DNA of 64,000 nucleotides from Eledone cirrhosa (GCA_964016885.1 OZ024757.1:34038001-34102000); one strand, 5' to 3'; counted from the stretch's first letter, positions 1 through 12,882 are shown. Numbers and translations: made by a program. The notes: a model not told the origin generated them from the letters alone.

Positions 1-29
1 CAGATAAAATGTCATTCAGGTATTTGTTT

Positions 30-350
30 TAAAGGGCCTCTGGAGGATCTTTACTCGATAAAGTGCGTGACTTGGAGATCCGAATCGAGAGATCACAGCT
101 CCGATACTATGGGCATGTGGTTAGAATGTTTCAGGAAAGAATTGCTGGACATATTTTATGAGCAAAACCAATCAGTAGGAGACCCAGAGCAAGATAGTTG
201 GATAACATTCATGAGCTTGGCTGGTCACGCTTGGGGATCCAGCTGGATAAGTTGGAGACGGTTGCTTCTGACAGGACCTGCTGGAAGGGGTGTTTGAGGA
301 CTCTGCCCCCATGATCCTCTCAGGAATAAGTGAGCAAAGAAGAAGAAGAA
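30..350 (+). mobile_element. RTE-clade LINE 3' fragment (family R1, Expander-like)
   Basis: Decayed ORF2 C-terminus (ERSQLRYYGHVVRM...GWSRLGI...DR) with a (GAA)n tail. Related copies at 31817-32016, 33395-33810 and 44480-44960. Confidence 0.75.
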
Positions 351-789
351 TGCATTTGTTCTGGCTCTTAACATTCTGAATTCTAATTTTGCCAAGCCAA
401 CTTTTGCGGTGTTGATGAAATATAATACCTGTCAAATACTGGGGTTGATTTAATCAATTTCGCTCTTTCTCCAAATTTGCTGGCCTTGGCTCAAATTAGA
501 AATCAGTATTGTATTTTAACTTAAGTCTTAACATCCTGTAAAGATTTAGCAGAAAACAGGTTTGTTAATACAAATATTTATTGTGTCTTTACTACTGGAC
601 AAATTGTGAAAATTAACAGTATTAGAGTAAAGACTTTAATTTTTGATGAAAACAATGTTTGAGTAAAGACTTTAATTATGATGAAAACAATGGTTTCTGA
701 TTTAGGCACAAGGCCAACAATCATTTGGGGAGGGGAAAGTTAATTACATAAACCCCAGTGCATTACAGGTACTTTATTTTATCAACCTT

Positions 790-1062
790 CCATACTAGTG
801 CACCAGAACTAGTATTTTACAGAGTGTACGGGATGCATTTTATCAGAGCACCAGCATTATCATTTTACAAAGTGTACTGGGTGCATGTCATCAGAGCACC
901 ATCACCATCACATTAAAGACTGTGCTGGGTACATTTTATCAGGGTACCAGCACTGACACTTTAGTGTACTGGGTGCATTTTATCATGGCACCACCATGAC
1001 AATTTACAGACTGTACTAGGTGTATTTTATTGGTGTACCAACAGCGACATTTACACTGGATG
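790..1062. repeat. Degenerate ~45-50 bp minisatellite, ~6 copies
   Basis: Recurring tttacagagtgtactgggtgcattttatcag...cacca. Confidence 0.7.
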
Positions 1063-1100
1063 TGTCTTTATTTAATTTCATGTTGTGGTTATATTTCCAG

Positions 1101-1203
1101 GTGGTTGATCTCCGATTAAATCCAGGTGCAAGATCTATATTAAAAAGAAAGAAACGGCAGACCAAAGTAGACAACCAAAGTGGAGAACCTCGAAAACATG
1201 GAG
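1101..1203 (+). CDS. Internal coding exon of unidentified gene A (VVDLRLNPGARSILKRKKRQTKVDNQSGEPRKHG); upstream exons not seen in window
   Basis: Acceptor atatttccAG|GTG and donor GGAG|GTAAGG. 103 nt, ends in phase 1, which matches the next exon. Confidence 0.85.
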
Positions 1204-1311
1204 GTAAGGAATTTATTGGCTCATCTCTTGCCTCTTGGACAAGTAGATGGACACAGGGCTTCAAAAACTTAACCAATTCTATGCCTTTGATAGATATTGT
1301 GTTAATGTGTA

Positions 1312-1803
1312 TGAGGGCCGGCTGAAAAGTTTATAGGCTGACCAAGATACTCTCTTAGAATGTGATCAAATCATCATCATTTCCATTTAGTGTCAAGTCT
1401 GGCCATGTTGCACCTTGCTCAGGCAAGGACTGTAAATTCGTGCAAGTATTTTACAGCTGGATGCCCTTCCTAACACCAACCACATTTACAGTTATTTTTC
1501 AACAAGTCTCCTTTGCACTCCACACATTTCTTCCATCAATATTGCAGTACGTGGACCCCATTAGTGAAAAAGATTTCACCCTGTTACTCAAAAAAGTCAT
1601 CAACAGCAGATATGATGTCACCATCACTACAATACTGGTTCCAAGCCAAGTGTTTTTTTCATGTTAGGGGAACAGATGATAATCAGATGGGGCCAAATCA
1701 GGAGAATAGGGAGGGTGATCAACCAGTTCAACGCCAGTCAAGATTTCACAGCTCTAGCATCATTCTTTCATAGTCAGCCTATGAATCATTCAGCCCACCC
1801 TTG
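1312..1803 (-). mobile_element. Internally deleted mariner element with a nested SINE fragment (~1372-1490)
   Basis: Imperfect ~30 bp TIRs flanked by TA. The - strand encodes GVELVDHPPYSPDLAPSDYHLFP, the mariner catalytic motif. Confidence 0.85.
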
Positions 1804-2514
1804 TATCAACATCATCATGCGTCCATTTTCCATGCTAGCATGGGTTACGCGGGTTGTCCCATTTGAGGCAAATTGGGTCAGGTGACCGTGTCATACTCAT
1901 GTAGAACTGTTTTTGGCTAGGTGCCCTTCCTAACGCCAACCAGTGGATGCATTATGGTGGGATGGTTAAGAAGTTCATTTCACAATCAAAAGGTTCTGGG
2001 TTCAATCTCACTGTGTGGAGTCTTGAGCAAGTGTCATTTACCATAACCACAAGTCAACCCATGTCTGTAGACACAACATAGTTGGATAAGTTAAGAAGTT
2101 CACTTCGTAATCATTAGGTCTCAGATTCAATCCCACTGTCTGGAATCTTGGGTACATGTCACTTGCCATAACCTCAGGTCAGCCCACATCTGTTGAGTTC
2201 TGTCCCGTCATCATCATTATTGTTTTACATCTGTTTTTCCCTGCTTGCATAGGTTGGTGGGTCTTTTCCTGCACAGCATCTCTCCACTTGTTGTGGTCCT
2301 TTGTCATTTCCTCTGTTAACTTCAAAGATAACCACTGGCCTGACGAGCATCCAGATTTGGGACAAACTTTAACCCTGGAATGGACTACCATCTTTTCCAG
2401 GGGTAAGTCTTGTATTCCCAGTTGCTTAAAGCTGAGGAAACCAGGATAAGCACCAACCTGATGTGCCTCCAGACTGAGGATAGACTTTAACTTTTTATTT
2501 TATTATTAATATTG

Positions 2515-3410
2515 GTGTTGGACTGGCAGTATTGGCAGAGCTGGGAGGGTGGTGGACTGGCAGAGCTGGGAGGGTGGTGGATTGGCAGTAACAGTAGAGC
2601 TGGAAGGGCAGTGAATTGGCAGTAACAGTAGAGCTGGAAGGGCAGTGAATTGGCAGTAACAGTAGAGCTGGAAGGGCAGTGAATTGGCAGTAACAGTAGA
2701 GCTGGAAGGGCAGTGGATTGGCAGTAACAGTAGAGCTGGAAGGGCAGTGGATTGGCAGTAACAGTAGAGCTGGAAGGGCAGTGCATTGGCAGTAACAGTA
2801 GAGCTGGAAGGGCAGTGCATTGGCAGTAACAGTAGAGCTGGAAGGGCAGTGCATTGGCAGTAACAGTAGAGCTGGAAGGGCAGTGAATTGGCAGTAACAG
2901 TAGAGCTGGAAGGGCAGTGGATTGGCAGTAACAGTAGAGCTGGAAGGGCAGTGGATTGGCAGTAACAGTAGAGCTGGAAGGGCAGTGGATTGGCAGTAAC
3001 AGTAGAGCTGGAAGGGCAGTGGATTGGCAGTAACAGTAGAGCTGGAAGGGCAGTGAATTGGCAGTAACAGTAGAGCTGGAAGGGCAGTGCATTGGCAGTA
3101 ACAGTAGAGCTGGAAGGGCAGAGAATTGGCAGTAACAGTAGAGCTGGAAGGGCAGTGGATTGGAAGGGCAGAGAATTGGCAGTAACAGTAGAGCTGGAAG
3201 GGCAGTAAATTGGCAGTAACAGTAGAGCTGGAAGGGCAGTAAATTGGCAGTAACAGTAGAGCTGGAAGGGCAGTAACAGTAGAGCTGGAAGGGCAGTGGA
3301 TTGGCAGTAACAGTAGAGCTGGAAGGGCAGTGGATTGGCAGTAACAGTAGAGCTGGAAGGGCAGTGAATTGGCAGTATCGGTAGTGCTGGAAGGGTGTTG
3401 GATTGGCAGT
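2515..3410 (+). repeat. 34-bp minisatellite (~25 copies) derived from the SINE-A head
   Basis: Unit tggcagtaacagtagagctggaagggcagtg(a/g/c)at. Grades directly into a SINE-A copy at ~3393. Confidence 0.95.
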
Positions 3411-3608
3411 ATCTGTAGCGCACCAGATAATATGCTTTGTAGCATAGAGTTATGGTCATTTACATTCTGAGTTCAAATCCCGCCGAAGTTAACTTAACTT
3501 TGCCTTTCATCCTTAGAGGGTTGATAAAATAAAGTCCCACTAATGCAATGGAGTTGATATAATCAACTTTCCCCTCCCCCAAAATTGTTGGCCTTGTGCC
3601 TAAATCAA
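3393..3608 (+). mobile_element. tRNA-derived SINE-A (long form)
   Basis: A-box-like TGGCAGTATC, B box GAGTTCAAATCC, body ctttgcctttcatcc...gataaaataaag...ggccttgtgcc. Confidence 0.85.
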
Positions 3609-3634
3609 ATGTTGGTCTTATTTTATCTCTACAG

Positions 3635-3761
3635 TTGCGTGTAGCTGCGATATCTGTGAGGGAATCAGGTCAGTGGGACACATAGTTGCCAAAAGACGAG
3701 AGCGGAAACGACGAGAGAAAGAAGAAGCACTGATGGAGAGTGATGGTCACTATTGGAGAAT
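3635..3761 (+). CDS. Penultimate coding exon of gene A (VACSCDICEGIRSVGHIVAKRRERKRREKEEALMESDGHYWR)
   Basis: Acceptor ttttatctctacAG and donor AGAAT|GTAAGT. 127 nt, phase 1 in and phase 2 out, open in the spliced frame. Confidence 0.88.
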
Positions 3762-3944
3762 GTAAGTATATCTGTGAAGAATGATACCATAGCAATAATT
3801 ACTTATTTTAGACTGATGAAGTCCTCAAATGGTGGGTAGCATATTGGTTGAGAAGCTTCCACCAATGCCCATGATCCACTGCTGTTCTTAATTGACCGAC
3901 AGGAAGACTTATGCTCGGAAAAAAAAATACAAAAGTCATCTATT

Positions 3945-4350
3945 CCTGCAGGCTGTTCCATTAATTGAAGAAGTCAAGGACTCTATTCCAAACTGCCATT
4001 TCACAAGCAGGCTGTTCCATTAATTGGCGAAACCAAGGATGTCTATTCCATATAGACATCTTACAAGCAGGCTATTCCATTAATCAGAGAAACCAAGGCC
4101 TGTCTATTCCATATAGACATCTTACAAGCAGGCTGTTCCATTAATCAAAGAAACCAAGGGCTGTCTATTCCAAACATATTTCATAAGCAGGCTGTTCCAT
4201 TAATCAAAGTAACCAGGGGCTGTCTATTCTATACAGCCATTTCACAAGCAAGCTGTTCCATTAATTAAACACATGGAATATTCATTGAAGAAACCAAGGG
4301 CTGTCTATTCCATACAGACATTTCACAAGCAGGCTGTTCCATTAATTGAA
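3945..4350. repeat. ~59-bp minisatellite, ~7 copies, intronic
   Basis: Unit caagcaggctgttccattaatcaaagaaaccaagggctgtctattccatatagacatttca. Confidence 0.9.
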
Positions 4351-4474
4351 CAGCTGGATCATTTATCATTGAAACTGAGAGAAGTCCATTATATATCAGA
4401 TATTTAAAAATTTATTTGTGTTTGCTTTCTACAATTTTATTCTCTCTTAATTTTGTTTCTCAATTTCATTCCAG

Positions 4475-4688
4475 TTACATGATTCCATGTGGGTGTGGTC
4501 CTGTTCTTATAGGACGGGCAAATGAAATAATGGTCGATGAAGTTTTAATGAAATGGTGTCGGAAGCCTGGTTGTTATATGGGCAATAGCTCTACTGACCA
4601 AGAGAGCAGGACTGGAACGAGAGAGTCATCGTTAGAGATAATTAGTGACAGTGCGGCTAGTGCTAGCAGCAATGAATTGGACTTTTAA
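4475..4688 (+). CDS. Terminal coding exon of gene A (IYMIPCGCGPVLIGRANEIMVDEVLMKWCRKPGC...SSNELDF*)
   Basis: Long polypyrimidine tract ending ttcattccAG. Phase 2 entry gives the frame of ORF 4416..4688. TAA at 4686-4688. Confidence 0.88.
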
Positions 4689-5567
4689 ACAACAGTTCCA
4701 GTATCCCCTTTCCCTACCAATTCACTGACACACTGACACTACCCTCGCTACTCCATATCGGGTGTATTGCTAGCATCTCTCTTGGAGAGGTTACCACTAC
4801 CATCACAACCACCATACAGCCATACAACTCTCATCCTTGCTACAAAACAAAATCTGTTGTAACAACAAAAAATAAGCCCAACGGCAATGTATGATTTTTT
4901 TTTTTTTTTTTTTTTTAAAGTATGTATATGCGTGAGTGGAAGTGTATATATGTGTGTGTATATGTGCATATGTGTGTGTGCGCATGTGCATATGTGCGTG
5001 TAACTAAGTGAATGTTTTTTCCATATTTGTTTACGATGATGTATGAGTAGTTGTGGATCTCAGCCAACCGTTAACAAACACTAAACAAGCTATTCTAATA
5101 GCAGAAATTTTTCCAAATTTAATTTTTTTTTTTTTCATCTTCCGTGGATGGGGACTGGGTGGTGGGGTGGGTTATCCTTTTTAAAAAATCAAAACAACAA
5201 CAATAGTTACATCAATAACACAAATAAAAACAATACAACACAAAACATACAAACTAAAATTTCTACAACAAAACCACCTACATTTTTTTTATTTGAAACA
5301 TTTTTTAGTTCATGCATCACCATCATCATCATCATCATCATCATCACTCTCTCTCGTTATTTCTATTTCAAACATTTCATAATCATCACATCTCTCTCTC
5401 ATTATTTTTATTTCAAACATATCATCATCATCACATCTCATCTCTCTCTCTCGTTATTCTTATTTCAAACACCATCATCACATCTCACTCTCTCTCTCGT
5501 TATTTTTATTTCAAACATATCATCATCTCATCTCTCTCTCTCTCTCTCATTATCTTATTTTATAAAA

Positions 5568-5997
5568 GGTGGTGGATTGGCAGAATTGGTAGAGTGTCGG
5601 ATAAAATGCCAATGCGGTATTTTTTCTGACTCTTTACATTCAGAGTTCAAATCCCACCAAGGTTAACTTTGCCTTTCATCCTTCTGTGTTCAATAAATTG
5701 AATTACCAGTTTACTACTGGAGATCGATATAGTTGATTTTCCCCTTCCCTGGCCTTGTGCCAACGTTAGAAAAAATTGTTCCATCTTATATATTCCACCA
5801 TCTCTCTCTCTCGTTATTTTCAAAGGGCGGGGGATTGGCAGTATCGGTAGAAGGTCAGACGACACCCTTTTATAGTCTGAGTTCAAATCCCACCGAGGTT
5901 CACTTTGCGTTTCATCCTTACGGGGTCGATAAAATAAAGTACCAGTAATGTACTGGAATAATTGTTGGCCTTGTGCCAAAAGTAGAAACAATTATTT
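5568..5997 (+). mobile_element. Two SINE-A copies (5568-5776 and 5825-5997)
   Basis: A/B boxes and the shared SINE-A body. Confidence 0.85.
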
Positions 5998-6295
5998 TCG
6001 TTTCATAAACCATAAACATCATCATTTGTTTTCTCTCTTTCATTTCACACTTTTTATTGTCACCATTTCTCTTATTTTCATAGATTTCATCATCATATTA
6101 ATTTCTTCCCAACTTATTTCATATATTCCATTATTTGTCATATCTCTCTCTCCCTTATTTCAATCATTTCATCATCATTCATTAACATTATATTTTTATT
6201 AATCCACATTTTTCATTTCCATCTAAAATGGCTGACAATTTACCAATATAAGTCAACAAATTTTTTTTTCTTCCAGCAAGCAACAAAAATTTATA

Positions 6296-6373
6296 CATCA
6301 TATATATATGTATGTGTATATATATACATATATATATATATACATATATATATACATATATATATATATACAC

Positions 6374-6432
<59 letters not shown>

Positions 6433-6737
6433 TATATATACACAAATATATATATATACACAAATATATATATATACACAAATATATATATATACACATA
6501 TATATATATACACATATATATATATATATACACATATATATATATATATATACACATATATATATATATATATACACATATATATATATATATATACACA
6601 TATATATATATATATATATACACATATATATATATATATATATACACATATATATATATATATACACATATATATATATATATACACATATATATATATA
6701 TACACATATATATATATATACACATATATATATATAT

Positions 6738-6820
<83 letters not shown>

Positions 6821-6920
6821 TATGTAAATATATATATACATATGTATACATCCATATACATATGTATATATATATATGTATACATATGTATATATATATA
6901 TACACACATACATTCATATA
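6296..6920. repeat. (TA)n/(CA) microsatellite
   Basis: Direct inspection. Confidence 0.98.
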
Positions 6921-7839
6921 TATTTTGTTTTATATCATTCATATTTCAAAGGTAAAAAAAAAAGAACAAAAAATGATCTTGGAAAAAAAGTTTTTTTTTT
7001 TTTTTTACAATTTTTTAAATTATACAAAAAAAAAGAAAACAAAGAATAATAATATAAAATGTTTTTTCAAGAAAAAAAAGTTTTCAATCAAAAACAAAAT
7101 ACACAAAAAAATTCTCCAATTTTTTTTTTTTTTTTCCTTTGTACGAAATATTTTTAAAATTTCTAAAGTAAATCTTATGTGTTTTTTAAAATTAATAACA
7201 CCAATTCTTTAGATTCTACATTAATTGAAATCAAGATTGAAACACAAAGAAAAAGTAAGAAGACAATAAAAAGGAGGAAAACCTTTTTAAAACTGGAAGA
7301 AAAAAATGTAAGACTTATTTATATATTCCAAGTAACGATAAACCAAGTGGTGACTAAAGGTGACTTTCTTCAAAAAAAGACCAATTTTTTTTTTCCAAAA
7401 AATCAAACAAAATGAAATACATCTGTTACCGTTCCATTTTTTCTTTTTTTTCCCCCCCTTTTTTTTCTTTTTTTTTTGGCAATATTTATGTGATATACAT
7501 ACTTTTTTTTAAAGTATGTATGAAAACATAACTTTAAACCTAATACACTGTATCAATGTTATAATGTTATGTAGATAGGCAGATGTTTAGATGCCCTGGT
7601 ATATACACATGTATATATATATATATGCATATATATATTTGGATACATCAATTTTGCATAATGTAATTGCATGCATGTTTGGCTGTAAGTGCACATTAGA
7701 TTTAAAATGTGGAGAGTTATGCTGGGAATAATAATGATGATACATACTCATATACATATAGAGTCTTATCTCACTAAGTATGTGCTTGTTTTAGATAGAT
7801 GCATGACTACACACACCAATTGGTATATGTATATAGCTA

Positions 7840-8390
7840 TCATATATATATATATATACACATATAAATGTGTTTATATATATAAGTATATACATACATG
7901 TGTTTTTATATATATACATACACACATGTGTGTGTCTATATATATGTATGTATACACATACATATGTTTGTGTATATATATATATGTATGTATACACATA
8001 CATATGTGTGTATATATATAAATATATATATGTATGTATACACATACATATGTGTGTGTATATATATATATATGTATGTATACACATACATATGTGTGTG
8101 TATATATATATATAAATATATATATATGTATGTATACACATACATATGTGTGTGTGTGTATATATATAAATATATATATATGTATTTATACACATACATA
8201 TGTGTGTGTGTATATATATAAATATATATATATGTATGTATACACATACATATGTTGGTGTATATATATATGTGGGTATTTCTGTGTGAATGAAAGTGTA
8301 TACATATATATATATATATATGCATGCATATATTTATGTGTGTATTTATGTACAAATGTGTATGTCTATATGCATGCCTGTATGTAAGTG
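7840..8390. repeat. Compound TA/TG/CA microsatellite with ~45-bp higher-order period
   Basis: Recurring tatacacatacatatgtgtg. Confidence 0.9.
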
Positions 8391-8629
8391 GTTTTGATAT
8401 GTTGTTGATTTTTAAATTTCTCTACCACCACTTTTCTATTGTTTGCATTTATATACAGTTTACATACACACATATAACTATGGCTGTCAACTCATGCCCC
8501 CAACAAACACACACAAATATATATTATCCCTCTGTGTGTTTGTTAGAGGAGTAGTGGGTGTATAAGGCATGTACTGGGAGCAGAGGAGGGTATATGTCAG
8601 TCACTGGTATCCCTTCTATAAATGTGTGA

Positions 8630-8790
8630 GCCTTGCGCTAGTGTGGGTACTGTGCTAGTGGCCCTTGTGCTAGTGTGGCTCTTGTGGTAGTGTGGCCCTT
8701 GTGCTAGTGTAGCCCTTGTGCTAGTGTGCATACTGTGCTAGTGGCCCTTGTGCTAATGTAGGTGCTGTGCTAGTGGCCCTTGTATTAATG
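8630..8790. repeat. ~18-bp tandem repeat (gcccttgtgctagtgtg)
   Basis: Direct inspection. Confidence 0.8.
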
Positions 8791-9666
8791 TGGGTGCTAT
8801 GCTCGGGTATGTTGAGTCTGTTGACTGTGGGCCTGCACAAGCCTTTTGCCTGTTTAGGCCACAGGCTGAGTGCTTGTGTAGGCCACGTGCCAAAAGGCTA
8901 TGTAGGCTGTGTGTCTGTGAGCCATGGGCTTGCATGGACCTTATATCTCAATAGTATTTGTCCCACTGTGTGTGTGTGTACAATGGGCCTTGTGTTGGTG
9001 TACGAGTTGAATATTGTTTCATTTTTAAAAAGAGGAACAACTCAAGTTTAATTGATATTCTGGGTGATTTCTAACTTTCGGCTTCTTTCTCCTAAATTAA
9101 CATTCCAATTCTCGTTATCTGTGAACATAATTAGTATGGGTAATGACATTTATTTGTACTAGTATTGTTATTGATGTTGTTGTTTTTGTTGTTATTGTTG
9201 TTGTTTGTGCTAAAGTCATTGGCAGGTAATTAAAAACTGAAAAAACAAATAAATAAATATAATTATAAAACCTTAATAACCCCCCCTCCCCTAAAAAAAG
9301 TTTTTTTTGTTTAATACCTGATACTAAAACAGACAGGTGTATGTAATGAATGTACTAGATTGCCAAAATGTGTTGTTTTCTAAACACCCAGATCCCTTCC
9401 TTGCACCCTGACCATTTATCCTATGTATGTGTGTGTGTTTGTTGTGTATATATATGTATGTATGTATAAACATGCACATATATATGTGTATGTACACATG
9501 CACATATATATGTGTATGTACACATGCACATATATATATATATGTACACATGCACATATATATATATATGTACACATGCACATATATATGTGTATGTACA
9601 CATGCACATATATATATATATGTACATATGCACACACATATATATGTGTACACCTGCATATGTACA

Positions 9667-9709
<43 letters not shown>

Positions 9710-10000
9710 TATACATATATACATATGTATATACACTTATTCAAACTGTCACATTTTTCTTTCTCATAATCTATTCGACTACTTCTTTCCCTCAACACCT
9801 TTTACTCTACTCTACACACATACACAGAAATACACAAACACACAAGCTCATGCAAACTTTCTCATTCTTCTCTGTATCACTCTCTTAAATCATAAATATT
9901 TTTCACATTGATTCACTCACTCTATCTATCCTTATCCATCTACCTCTATACCCTACCTATTTATCTCCCTTTCTTGCTCTCTCTCCTTCTCCCTATATAT

Positions 10001-10166
10001 AACTGTTTCTACTTTTTGGCACAAGGCCCGCAATTACCCAGTGCATTACTGGTACTTTATTTTATCGACCCCGTAAGGATGAAAGGCAAAGTTAACCTTG
10101 GCGGGATTTGAACTCAGAATGGCAAGGGCCGTAACTCAATGCGTCCGACCCACTACCGATACTGCC
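10001..10166 (-). mobile_element. SINE-A (short form), minus orientation
   Basis: Reverse complement of the SINE-A body, including ggatttgaactc (B box). Confidence 0.9.
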
Positions 10167-10187
10167 ATAATAAAAAGGATGAGGTGA

Positions 10188-10331
10188 TAGATCTTCATTA
10201 TACTTATTGAGGTGCGACACGTGTTTTGTGATTGATCAACTCAAGGCTCAATCTGTATCAATCTCGCCTGACTCTGGAATCAAAATCTCGTCAGACTTCT
10301 GTCACAGCTCAATAAATGTAATGAAGATCTA
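10188..10331. mobile_element. MITE-like element with 24-bp inverted ends
   Basis: tagatcttcattatacttattgag and ctcaataaatgtaatgaagatcta are 22/24 reverse-complement identical, with TA at both ends. Confidence 0.7.
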
Positions 10332-10350
10332 ATATTAATATATATATATA

Positions 10351-10541
10351 GGGCGGTGGATTGGCAGTATTGCTAGAGGGACGGACGCCATGCTTTGATG
10401 CAAAGAGTTACGGCCCTTTATGATCTGCGTTCAAATCCCGCCGAGGTTAACTTTGCCTTTCATCCTTATGGGGTCGGTAAAATAAAGTACCAGTAATACA
10501 CTGGGATAATTGCTGGCCTTGTGCCAAAAGTAGAAACAATT
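10351..10541 (+). mobile_element. SINE-A (short form)
   Basis: A/B boxes, body, agaaacaatt tail. Confidence 0.9.
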
Positions 10542-10559
10542 AATATATATATATAATAG

Positions 10560-10830
10560 TGGAGGCTCGTGGCCTAGTGGTAAGGGTGTTGGACTTATGA
10601 TTATAATGTTGTGGGTTCGATTCCTGGCTTGCGTGTTGTGTTCTTGAGCAAAGCACTTCATTTCACGTTGCTCCAGTATACTCAGCTGAAAATGAGTACC
10701 AGCAATAGCTGGGAGTTTAACCCTGTGATGGACTGGCGTCCTGTGCAGGGGGGAGGGGTCTTGTACTTTCAGTCAGGAAATCGAGATAAGCACCAGCCAA
10801 ATGAGCCTTCTGGCTTAAGACAGTCTTTAG
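10560..10830 (+). mobile_element. tRNA-derived SINE-B (V-domain-like body)
   Basis: A box TGGCCTAGTGG, B box GGTTCGATTCC, body aaccctgtgatggactggcgtcctgtgcagggg. A related 3' part lies at ~2370-2490. Confidence 0.75.
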
Positions 10831-11214
10831 ATATCTCTCTCTCTCTCCATGTCTTTCTATCCCTCCCCACCCCTACCCATCCTATCCACTGCCAATATCC
10901 AACCACACTGTGTTTGTAATAAACCTTAAAGACAACACTAAATATATATAGAATTTATGTCCAAGTTATCTTAGTGCATGTTAAAAACTGTTTTGAAAAT
11001 TGTGTTGAGAAATTTTTATTTTTTTTATTTTTAAATTCTAACGAGAAACAAATCTCATTTTTATTTTTATATTTTTATTTGTTTTTTTTTTTATTTTATT
11101 TATATTTTTTTTTTAATTTCATTTATATATATTTTTTTGTCAATTTTTCTCCTTATCTCTTTGAATTCTTCAAATTTATTTATTTTAGTCAGGGATAAAT
11201 ATTTTATTGTTTCA

Positions 11215-11346
11215 TATATATATATGTATATGTATATGTGTATATATGTATATATGTATGTATGTATATATGTATGTATATATATGTATATATGTATATG
11301 TATATATATATGTATATATATTAATGTATATATATATATATATGTG

Positions 11347-11380
<34 letters not shown>

Positions 11381-11398
11381 TGTGTATATATATATATG

Positions 11399-11429
<31 letters not shown>

Positions 11430-12016
11430 GTATATGTATATATATATATGTATATTTATGTATATGTATGTATATGTATATGTATGTATATGTATATATG
11501 TATGTATATGTATATATATATATGTATATATATATATATGTATGTATATATATATGTATGTATATGTATGTATGTATATGTATATGTATGTATATATATG
11601 TATATGTATGTATATATATATATATGTATGGATATGTATATATATATATGTATATGTATGTATATATATATATATGTATGGATATGTATATATATATATA
11701 TGTATGGATATGTATATATATATATATATGGATATGTATATATATATATATGTATGGATATGTATATATATATATGTATGTATATGTATATATATGTATG
11801 TATATGTATATATATATATATGTATATGTATATATATGTATATATATATATATGTATATATGTATATGTATATATATATATATGTATGTACATGTATATA
11901 TATATGTATGTATATATGTATATATATATGTATGTATATATGTATATATATATATGTATATGTATATATATATATGTATATGTATATATATATATGTATA
12001 TATATATATGTATATG

Positions 12017-12061
<45 letters not shown>

Positions 12062-12090
12062 GTATATATATATATATGTATATATATATG

Positions 12091-12121
<31 letters not shown>

Positions 12122-12134
12122 GTATATATATATG

Positions 12135-12181
<47 letters not shown>

Positions 12182-12565
12182 GTATATATATATATATGTA
12201 TATATATGTATATGTATATATATGTATATGTATATATATGTTATATATGTATATATATGTATATATATATATGTATATGTATATATATGTATATGTATAT
12301 ATATGTATGTATATGTATATATATGTATATGTATATGTATGTATGTATATGTATGTATATATATGTATATGTATGTATATATATGTATATGTGTATATAT
12401 GTATATGTATATATATGTATATATATGTATATATATGTATATGTATATATATGTATATGTATATATATGTATATATATATATGTATATATATATGTATGT
12501 GTATGTATGTATATATGTATGTGTATGTATGTATGTGTATGTATGTATATGTATGTGTATGTATG

Positions 12566-12605
<40 letters not shown>

Positions 12606-12657
12606 TATGTATATATATATATATGTATGTATATATATATATGTATATATATATATG

Positions 12658-12688
<31 letters not shown>

Positions 12689-12835
12689 GTATATGTATGT
12701 ATATATATGTGTATGTATGTATGTATATATATATGTATGTATGTATATATGTATGTATATATATATATATGTATGTATGTATATATGTATGTATATATAT
12801 ATATATGTATGTATATATATATGTATGAATGTATG

Positions 12836-12882
<47 letters not shown>

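Noticed and set aside
2487-3459. Three overlapping 200-317 aa minus-strand ORFs
   Set aside because: A 34-bp tandem repeat read in rotating frames, located in an intron of gene A.
3812-3835. 24-nt in-frame microexon candidate in gene A
   Set aside because: It would need a 50-nt upstream intron and a weak GTAGCA donor. Unsupported without RNA data.
10560-10630. tRNA gene (also heads at 32950, 34228 and 54803)
   Set aside because: A/B boxes are present but each continues into a SINE body with no Pol III terminator, and cloverleaf pairing is poor.
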